From contig CAWBAN010000001.1 in assembly GCA_963786935.1 (NCBI GenBank), positions 448,001 through 512,000 of the forward strand: a DNA stretch of 64,000 nt, read 5' to 3'. The notes beneath the pieces were generated by a model that saw only the letters and a list, made by a program, of their open reading frames with translations, was not told where the DNA came from and searched no databases. The position numbers and the translations under genes were made by a program. Origin of the DNA: an uncultured bacterium (GTDB taxonomy: Bacteria; Krumholzibacteriota; Krumholzibacteriia; Krumholzibacteriales; Krumholzibacteriaceae). Numbering within the stretch: position 1 is the stretch's first letter; the number at the start of each line of letters is the position of its first letter. Below, in pieces: positions 57,062 through 64,000 of the stretch.

Positions 57062-57954
57062 GCGTGAAGGCCGATCGGACCATATACGTGATCGTGCTCA
57101 ACTGGAACGGGAAGGCGGTTCTCGGGCCGTGCCTCGAGTCCCTCGCCCGCGTGCGCGATCCGCGCCTCGAGATCATCGTCGTCGACAACGCCTCGAGCGA
57201 CGGCTCGGCGGAGATCGCGCGCCGCGCGGCGGGGAGCGTCGAGCTGATCGTGAACGACCGCAACCTCCTCTTCGCCGAAGGGAACAACGTGGGGCTGCGG
57301 CGCGCGCTGGAGCGCGGCGGCTCGCTCGTTCTCCTGTTGAACAACGATACCGTCGTCGATCAATCCTTCGCCGAGCGGATGCTCGAGGCGCTCGAGCGCG
57401 ATCCGGCGGCCGGCATCGTGGGACCGAAGATAGTCTACGACGACGACCCGAGGCGGCTGTGGTACGGGGGCGGCGGTTTCGTGCCCCTCGCCTGGGTGCC
57501 GAAGCACGAGAACATACGGAAGCTCGACGGATCGTTTCCGGAACGCGCGGGGGAGACCGCGTGGGTCACCGGCTGCGCGATGCTCGTGAAGCGCGAGGTG
57601 ATCGACGCCGTCGGTTTCCTTGATCCGTCGTATACGATCTACTGCGAGGACGTCGACTTCTGCCTCCGGGCGCGCGGCGCCGGATGGAAATGCCTCTACG
57701 AGCCGCGCGCGCTCGTGCGGCACAAGGTGAGCTCCTCGAGCGGCGGCGGCATGACGCCGTTCAAGCTCGAGCACCGGATCGCGAGCACGTTCCGGCTCTT
57801 CGGGCGATACCGGTCGCTCTGCTGGCGGATTCTCATGGGGCCCCTGCAGGGGTGCGCGTTCGTGCTGCTCGTGGCGGCGCTCCTCGCCGGCGGCCGGTTC
57901 GGCCTCGCGCGGGGCGCCGTGCGCGGGGCCTGGCGCGTCGTCCGCGGGAAATAA
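57058..57954 (+). CDS. Glycosyltransferase family 2
   Basis: VLNWNG, VDNASSDGS, LLNND, GCAML, EDVDFC. Confidence 0.9.
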   Translation: MSVKADRTIYVIVLNWNGKAVLGPCLESLARVRDPRLEIIVVDNASSDGSAEIARRAAGSVELIVNDRNLLFAEGNNVGLRRALERGGSLVLLLNNDTVVDQSFAERMLEALERDPAAGIVGPKIVYDDDPRRLWYGGGGFVPLAWVPKHENIRKLDGSFPERAGETAWVTGCAMLVKREVIDAVGFLDPSYTIYCEDVDFCLRARGAGWKCLYEPRALVRHKVSSSSGGGMTPFKLEHRIASTFRLFGRYRSLCWRILMGPLQGCAFVLLVAALLAGGRFGLARGAVRGAWRVVRGK

Positions 57955-57981
57955 GGCCATAAGGTCAGCAATGCAAAGGCT

Positions 57982-58010
57982 TTGCTCGAACGGGCAAAAT
58001 CTGTTAGACT
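57982..58010 (+). promoter_or_regulatory. Putative promoter for the yfhO-like gene
   Basis: TTGCTC-N17-TAGACT with TGn extension. Confidence 0.45.
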
Positions 58011-58035
58011 TGAAATAACCCGACGGAGGTTTCGG

Positions 58036-60504
58036 TTGAAAAAAGCATCAACCGCGCCGGCGCACGCCCCGGGCATCGGAGCGCTCGAGCTGCTCGAGAC
58101 CGGCGCTTCATGGCGGCGGGGGCTCGTGCTCGCCGCGATTCTCGTCATCGTGCTCTGCGCGCTCATGGGGGACGTCGTCTTCCGGAACCGGATCTTCGAC
58201 GTTCCCGATTCCCAGGCGCCCCTGAGCTTCGCCGCGGTGGGGGAGAAGGCGCTGCGGGACGGCGCCTACCCTCTCTGGAATCCGTACCTCTTCTGCGGGA
58301 TGCCGAGCTACGCGAGTCTCTCCTTCACGCCATACGTGTATCCCCCGGCGTACGTGACCTATCTCCTCCAGCGGTACCTCGGTTTCCCCGAGATGACCTG
58401 GCTCCTGTTCCACTATCTGCTCGCGGGCGCCGGCATGTATCTGCTCGCCCGTTTCCTCGGCGCGCGTTCGTCCGTGTCGATCCTCGCCGGCGTCGCCTTC
58501 ATGGTCATGCCCAACTTCGTCGCCATCGGCGCGTACGGCCACGGCTCGCAGGCGGGATCGATCGCCTACATGCCTTTCGCGCTCCTCTTCGCGTGGCGCC
58601 TGCTGCGGGGGGAGCGGCGCCTCCTGATGGCGGCGCTGCTGGCGATCGCGCTCGGGTTCCAGATGCTCCGCGGCCACGTGCAGATCGCCTATTACACGTA
58701 TCTCCTCATCGGTCTGCTGTTCCTCTTCGAGGCGGTCGCGCTCCTGCGCGCGCGGCGCGCGCGCGAGGTCGCCGCCGGCGCGGCGTATCTCGCCGCCGCG
58801 GTGATCCTCGCCGTGGGAATCGCAGCCGTGCTCCTCGTTCCCGTGCGGCAATACGCGGCGTACTCGATCAGGGGAGGGGGCGGCTCGGGCGGGCTCGACT
58901 ACGGCTACGCGACGAACTGGAGCCTCCACCCGAAGGAGATGCTCACCTTCGTCTTCCCGTGGGCCTTCGGCTACGGCGCGCCGACCTACTGGGGAGCGAT
59001 GCCGTTCACGAACTATCCGAACTATCTCGGCGTCGTGACCATCGCCTTCGGCCTCTTCGCCTGCTGGTACGCGCGGAGCCGCCGGATGTGGTTCCTCGTC
59101 GCGGCGATCGTTTTCGCGACCGTGCTGGCGTTCGGCAAATACCTTCCGCTCCTCTACGGCCCCATGTTCAAGTGGTTTCCGTACTTCAACAAGTTCCGGG
59201 TTCCCGTCATGGCGCTCATTATCCAGCAGCTCGCCGCGGTCGCCGCGATGGCGATCGGGCTCGAGGAATTCTTGAAACGCCGCGACGAGAAGCGGCTGCC
59301 CCGCTGGCTCGGGCCGGGGAAGGCGCAGTGGGTGCTCGTCGGCGCCGCGATCGCCTTCGTCCTCGCGCTGCTCGCGAGCGGCGCCGTCAAGAGCGGCGTC
59401 GCCCGGAATCCCGCCGTCGCGTCGAGGCTCTCCGGGGCGGCGCTCGATCTCGCCTCCTCCGCGTACGCGGCGAATCTGCTGAAGACCCTCGGCATCGCAC
59501 TCGTCGTATGCCTCGTCGCGTTTCTCGCCGTGTCGCGCCGGATTCTCGCGAACACCGTGGTGCTCGCGCTCGCGATCGTCACCGCCTTCGATCTCTTCAT
59601 GGCGGACGGGAACATCCTGCATCCCGAGAAGGGCTGGCCGGGATCAAAGCCGATCATCGCCGAGAAGAGCGCGCGCGAGGAGCTCGCGCGCCCCGACGCG
59701 GTGACCGACTTCCTGAAGGCCGACACGACGCTCTACCGCCTGTTCCCGGTGCCCGCGGCCCAGCTCGGGCAGTGGGGGTACAGCTCGCCGCTCTTCAGCG
59801 AGAACCGCTTCATGACCTTCGGCATCTCGTCGCTCGGGGGCTACCACGCGGCGAAGCTGAACAGCTACCAGGACGTCATGAACGAGATGTTCGCCGCGTT
59901 CAACGAGGGCTCCTACCCGGCGGCGATCCTTGACATGCTCAACGCGAAGTACTTCTACGCGGTCTTCCCGCTCTTCCGCGAGGGCTCGCCATTCCCCCTC
60001 GCGCTGCAGACCGGAGACGCGTACGTGTACGAGAATCCGCGCGCGCTCCCGCGCGCGTTCTGCGTCGATACGTTCCGCGTGCTTCCGCCGCGCGAGGCGC
60101 TCGCCGCGCTCCGCGCGCCCTGGTTCGATCCGTCGCGGATGGCGATCCTGAACGAAGAGCCGGCGGTGCGCCCCGTGTCCGCCGCCGGATCGAGCGCGCG
60201 GATCACCGAATACGGCCTCAACGCGATCTCGATCGCGGCGCATATCGAGCGATCGTGCATCCTCGTCGTGAGCGAGATCGCCTATCCCGACTGGCACGCG
60301 GAGGTGGACGGGAAGGAAGCGCGGATCCTCACGGCGAACTACTGCCTGCGCGCGGTGCCGCTTCCGCCGGGGGATCACGAGATACGGATGCGCTTCTCCT
60401 CCCGCGCGCTCCGCGCATCCCTCATGGTCTCGATCGCGAGCCTCGCCGCGGCCGCCCTGGTCCCCGCCGTTCAGGGAGTCGCGCGCGCTCGGAGAAAGAG
60501 GTAG
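58036..60504 (+). CDS. YfhO-family (GT-C fold) membrane protein
   Basis: PLWNPY.FCGMP, H.QIAYY, YWG.MPFT.YPNY.G, FNKFRVP, GGYHAAKL, Y.W.A.VDG...ANY.LRAV..P.G.H; TTG after GGAGG. Confidence 0.85.
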   Translation: MKKASTAPAHAPGIGALELLETGASWRRGLVLAAILVIVLCALMGDVVFRNRIFDVPDSQAPLSFAAVGEKALRDGAYPLWNPYLFCGMPSYASLSFTPYVYPPAYVTYLLQRYLGFPEMTWLLFHYLLAGAGMYLLARFLGARSSVSILAGVAFMVMPNFVAIGAYGHGSQAGSIAYMPFALLFAWRLLRGERRLLMAALLAIALGFQMLRGHVQIAYYTYLLIGLLFLFEAVALLRARRAREVAAGAAYLAAAVILAVGIAAVLLVPVRQYAAYSIRGGGGSGGLDYGYATNWSLHPKEMLTFVFPWAFGYGAPTYWGAMPFTNYPNYLGVVTIAFGLFACWYARSRRMWFLVAAIVFATVLAFGKYLPLLYGPMFKWFPYFNKFRVPVMALIIQQLAAVAAMAIGLEEFLKRRDEKRLPRWLGPGKAQWVLVGAAIAFVLALLASGAVKSGVARNPAVASRLSGAALDLASSAYAANLLKTLGIALVVCLVAFLAVSRRILANTVVLALAIVTAFDLFMADGNILHPEKGWPGSKPIIAEKSAREELARPDAVTDFLKADTTLYRLFPVPAAQLGQWGYSSPLFSENRFMTFGISSLGGYHAAKLNSYQDVMNEMFAAFNEGSYPAAILDMLNAKYFYAVFPLFREGSPFPLALQTGDAYVYENPRALPRAFCVDTFRVLPPREALAALRAPWFDPSRMAILNEEPAVRPVSAAGSSARITEYGLNAISIAAHIERSCILVVSEIAYPDWHAEVDGKEARILTANYCLRAVPLPPGDHEIRMRFSSRALRASLMVSIASLAAAALVPAVQGVARARRKR

Positions 60505-60508
60505 TCGC

Positions 60509-61228
60509 GTGGAAAGCCTCGTCGTCATGCCGACCTACAACGAGAAGGAGAACATCGCCGAGATCGTCGGCGCCGTGCTCAAGCTCGGTCGCGGCATCGA
60601 GATGCTCGTCATCGACGACAACTCGCCCGACGGCACCGGCGCCATCGTCGACGGGCTGGCCGCCGCCGATCCGAGGATCCACGTGATCCACCGGCCGGGG
60701 AAGCTCGGGCTCGGCTCGGCGTACATCACGGGCTTCAAATGGGCGATCGCGAACACCGGCGCGAAGTACGTGTTCGAGATGGACGCGGATTTCTCGCACG
60801 ATCCGAACGCGATCCCCCAGTTCCTCGACGCGATCGCGTCGAACGACCTCGTGATCGGTTCGCGGTATATCCGGGGAATTTCGGTGGTGAACTGGCCGCT
60901 CGAGCGCCTCATCCTGAGCTACGCCGCGAACAAATACACGCACTGGGTCACCGGGCTGCCCATCAGGGACGCGACGGGGGGATTCAAGTGCTTCCGGCGC
61001 GAGGTGCTCGAAGCGCTCCCGCTCGACCGGATCAGGAGCGACGGGTATTCCTTCCAGATCGAGGTCAATTTCTACTGCTGGAAGAAAGGGTTCCGGATCG
61101 CGGAGATCCCGATTCTCTTCGTCGACCGGCGCGTCGGGATCTCGAAGATGTCGAAGAAGATCGTCAGGGAAGCGGCGTTCATGATCTGGCGGCTGCGCTT
61201 CATGAGCCCGCGGCGGTGGCGTTCGTAA
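60509..61228 (+). CDS. Polyprenol monophosphomannose synthase (Ppm1/DPM1-like GT2)
   Basis: PTYNE.ENI, DDNSPDGTG, KLGLGSAY, MDADFSHDP, GYSFQIE, FVDR..G.SKMS. Confidence 0.92.
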   Translation: MESLVVMPTYNEKENIAEIVGAVLKLGRGIEMLVIDDNSPDGTGAIVDGLAAADPRIHVIHRPGKLGLGSAYITGFKWAIANTGAKYVFEMDADFSHDPNAIPQFLDAIASNDLVIGSRYIRGISVVNWPLERLILSYAANKYTHWVTGLPIRDATGGFKCFRREVLEALPLDRIRSDGYSFQIEVNFYCWKKGFRIAEIPILFVDRRVGISKMSKKIVREAAFMIWRLRFMSPRRWRS

Positions 61229-61247
61229 CGCCGCCGGGGGAACGGGG

Positions 61248-63323
61248 ATGGATCTCTCGATCGTCATCGTCACGTACAACAGCCGCGCGCCCGTCGAGCG
61301 GTGCATCGCCTCGATCGAGGCGCACGAGCCGCGGTGCTCGTACGAGACGATCGTCGTCGACAACGCCTCGAGCGACGGATCGGCGGACGCCGTCTCGCGG
61401 CGGTTCCCGCGCGTCCGCGTCGTCGCGAACAGCGAGAACCTCGGGTATTCGCGGGGGGTCAATCAGGGGATACGGCTCTCGAGCGGCCGCGCGATTCTCA
61501 TCCTCAATCCGGACATCGTGGTGCGGGACGGTTCGATCGACCGGCTCATGGAGTTCATGGATTCCCACCCCGACGCCGGCATCGCCGGATCGCGGCTCGA
61601 GTACCCGGACGGCCGACTCCAGTATTCCTGCCGCTCGTTCTATACGGTGCGCGCGCTCATCCTGCGGCGGACCGTGCTCGGGAAGCTCTTCCCGAACGCG
61701 AAACCGCTCCGCGAGCATCTGCTCCTCGATTACGACCACGAGACGCCCCGGACGGTCGACTGGATCATCGGCGCGTGCATGCTCGTGCGGCGCGAGGCGC
61801 TCGAAACGGTAGGCTCGATGGACGAGCGCTTCTTCCTCTATTTCGAGGACATCGACTGGTGCAACCGGATGAAACGCCACGGATGGTCGGTGTGCTACGT
61901 CCCCGCGTCGGTGATGACGCATACGTACGAGCGGTCGAGCGCGAAATCGGTCCTCCGGAAGCCGTTTCTCATCCACGTGCTGAGCCTCATGCGATACTAC
62001 GAGAAATGGAACAAGTTGTTCTACGCCGTGCGCCGCAACCGGGGCGCCATCAAGGCGTCGGTCCTCGCCGTGTCGGACCTCGCCGCCCTGAACCTGAGCT
62101 TCGTCGCCGCCTACCATGTGCGGAACCTCGTGCAGCCGCTGTTCGTGAACCAACTCTATCCGATCGGCTGGTACGGGTCGTTCGTTCTGTTCGCCAATCT
62201 CGTGTTCTTCTTCGCCTTCGTCGCGGCGGGGCTCTACCGGGTGCGCCGGGAAACCCCCGTGGCCGAGGAGTTCATCCGCGTCGTGCGCGCCGTGTTCATC
62301 GGGCTCGTCGTCCTCATGGCGGCGACGTATATCAGCAGGGTCCGCATCTATTCGCGGGCCGTCGTGCTCGGCCAGGCGGGCATCGCCGTGTTCGCCGTTT
62401 CACTCTTCAGGCTCGCCATCCGCGCGATGCACCGGGAGCTCGTCAAGGCGCGGTTCGACCTCAAGCGCGTTCTCATCGTCGGAACGCGGGACGAGGCGAT
62501 CGAGCTCGCCGATCGCTTCGCCGGAGCGAGCGAGCTCGGGATCGACGTGGTCGGTCACGTCGGCGCCGGGGTCGGCGCCCTCGGCGCGCCGGAGGAGCTG
62601 CCCGAGCTCATCGAGCGTTTCAAGATACAGGAAGTGCTCATCTGCCCGTCGCATCAGAACGACGGCGCGCTGCTGCCGTTTCTCGCCCATTCGCGCCGGC
62701 GCGTCATCCAGATCAGGATGATTTCGCCGCTCGCCCGGTTCCTCGGACAGGGGGCGCGGGTCGAAGACATCGCGGGGCTCGCCGCGTTTTCGCTCGACCG
62801 GCGGATTCTCTTCGTGTTCGAGCGCGGCTGCAAGCGGCTTATCGATTGCGTTGCGGGCGTCGTCGCGCTTCCGTTCGTCGAATGCGCGTACCTCGCGTGT
62901 CGTTTGTATGGTAGAATGACGGGCGGTGTGACGTTTTTCGCGGAGGAGCGCGCGGGAAAGGGAGGGCGCGCCGTCGCGTGGCCGCGCGCGGTCCGCGCGT
63001 CGGGGCGGGAGGCGGGGGATTTCGTGAAACCGGCCTTGTGTCTCGCGCTCATCGGCGGCGGGCTCAGCCTCGTCGGGCCCCCGTCCCTCGCCGGAGGGCG
63101 GGCGAACGAATTCGCGAGCGTGATCGGGCGGGCGAGGCCGGGCATCACGGGGAGATGGCGGCTGTCCCGCCATGGATCGATGCGCGAGGCGCTCGAGGAA
63201 GAGGCGCTCGGGCTCGAATCGTGGTCGCTCGAGCGGGATTTCATGATATTCATGGAATCGATCGGATCGATGTGCTCGGGGACGTACCCGAGGTGGTTCT
63301 TCAGCAAGGGAGATGCGCCGTGA
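61248..63323 (+). CDS. GT2 (WbbL-like) fused to a WcaJ/WbaP-like membrane region with a degenerate phosphoglycosyltransferase domain
   Basis: VDNAS.DGS, LNPD, DERFFLYFEDIDW; then TMs, KRVLIVG, KRLID, SLVGP, PGITG, WSL..D. Confidence 0.85.
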   Translation: MDLSIVIVTYNSRAPVERCIASIEAHEPRCSYETIVVDNASSDGSADAVSRRFPRVRVVANSENLGYSRGVNQGIRLSSGRAILILNPDIVVRDGSIDRLMEFMDSHPDAGIAGSRLEYPDGRLQYSCRSFYTVRALILRRTVLGKLFPNAKPLREHLLLDYDHETPRTVDWIIGACMLVRREALETVGSMDERFFLYFEDIDWCNRMKRHGWSVCYVPASVMTHTYERSSAKSVLRKPFLIHVLSLMRYYEKWNKLFYAVRRNRGAIKASVLAVSDLAALNLSFVAAYHVRNLVQPLFVNQLYPIGWYGSFVLFANLVFFFAFVAAGLYRVRRETPVAEEFIRVVRAVFIGLVVLMAATYISRVRIYSRAVVLGQAGIAVFAVSLFRLAIRAMHRELVKARFDLKRVLIVGTRDEAIELADRFAGASELGIDVVGHVGAGVGALGAPEELPELIERFKIQEVLICPSHQNDGALLPFLAHSRRRVIQIRMISPLARFLGQGARVEDIAGLAAFSLDRRILFVFERGCKRLIDCVAGVVALPFVECAYLACRLYGRMTGGVTFFAEERAGKGGRAVAWPRAVRASGREAGDFVKPALCLALIGGGLSLVGPPSLAGGRANEFASVIGRARPGITGRWRLSRHGSMREALEEEALGLESWSLERDFMIFMESIGSMCSGTYPRWFFSKGDAP

Positions 63324-64000
63324 GACGGATATTCATCGTGATGATCGCCTGCGCGATGCTCACGCCGGGGCGCGTGTCCGCGGCGAGCGGCGACTGGGAG
63401 ATTTTCGTGAACGCGAGCGCGATCAACCGGATCGGCTGCGTCGGCGATTCGATCTGGTGCTCGACGAGGGGCGGTATCCTCATCTTCGACCTCGGCGATT
63501 CGTCGTTCGCGCAGCACCTCGACGGCCTGGATTTCCGGTCGACCGACGTCTCCGGCGTCGCGCGGGACGCCCGCGGGAGCGTGTGGGCGAGCTTCACGTC
63601 GACCGGCGTGGCGCGGATCGACCGCTTCGGGAGCGATCAGCCGTCCGTGAAGCTGTACAGCGCCGTGATCGACGGACTCCTGAGCGACAGCGTCACGTGC
63701 ATCGCCGCGGCGGGCAGCGACGTGTACTACGGCTCGACCGCCGGAATCGCGAAATTCTACGATAACCTCCATTCGTTCGAGCCGGTGCTCTCCGACAGCC
63801 TCGAGGGGGTGCTCGTGCGCGATCTCCTCGTGCGGGGCGATACGCTGTGGGTCGCCTGCGAGCGGGGAGTCGCCCGCTTTCTCCGGAGCACGTTCGCCTA
63901 TACCATGTACCGCATCGGGAACGTCACGTCCCTGTGCGCGCACGGCGGCGCGATCCACGCCGCGGGGGCCGGGGGCGTGCGGCGCTTCGACGGAACCGGA
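63320..64000 (+). CDS. Secreted beta-propeller protein (two-component-regulator propeller / PorZ-like), truncated by the window end
   Basis: GTG 63320 overlaps the previous stop; signal peptide, then repeats such as IWCST.GGI, D.RGSVW, VYYGST.GI, LWVAC.RGV; absent from the ORF track because it has no stop in the window. Confidence 0.7.
   Translation, partial: MRRIFIVMIACAMLTPGRVSAASGDWEIFVNASAINRIGCVGDSIWCSTRGGILIFDLGDSSFAQHLDGLDFRSTDVSGVARDARGSVWASFTSTGVARIDRFGSDQPSVKLYSAVIDGLLSDSVTCIAAAGSDVYYGSTAGIAKFYDNLHSFEPVLSDSLEGVLVRDLLVRGDTLWVACERGVARFLRSTFAYTMYRIGNVTSLCAHGGAIHAAGAGGVRRFDGTG

Noticed and set aside
1359..63958. Many long antisense or alternate-frame ORFs (e.g. 4991-7651 -, 5071-7761 +, 37065-39977 -, 48557-51343 -)
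   Set aside because: Arg/Gly/Ala-rich shadow frames of real genes, expected from high GC and strong codon bias; no recognisable motifs

Overview
High-GC bacterial chromosome segment from a diderm organism. An FCB-group-like lineage is suggested by gene content (DUF2723, YfhO, a PorZ-like propeller, spoVG), but this is inference only. Almost all genes are on the + strand. In order: a small accessory block (DUF302, DHCW cupin, broken isochorismatase, FadL-type outer-membrane transporter); recA-recX-alaS; a surface-polysaccharide cluster (SLBB exporter, gmhA, 3 GT4, WecA fusion, O-antigen ligase, UbiA-type phosphoribosyltransferase, DUF362); ispE-spoVG-tRNA-Gln-prs-rplY-pth; rpsF-rpsR-rplI behind an S6:S18 leader; PMM and ManC; envelope genes; selA-SPOR-smc-ftsY; an FMN riboswitch with ribD-ribE-ribBA-ribH-nusB; and a long glycosylation cluster with tandem TMEM260-like (DUF2723) genes, YfhO and a polyprenol-P-mannose synthase. 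Main observations: a candidate protein O-mannosylation system; tandem NrdR-like boxes in front of selA/smc; two genes that appear to start at ATC; several envelope proteins carrying apparently inactive enzyme domains (notably a tyrosine-kinase-like domain fused to SPOR); and G-run frameshifts in glycan genes. No CRISPR array, rRNA or transposase was seen. All calls come from manual motif reading, with no database searches.
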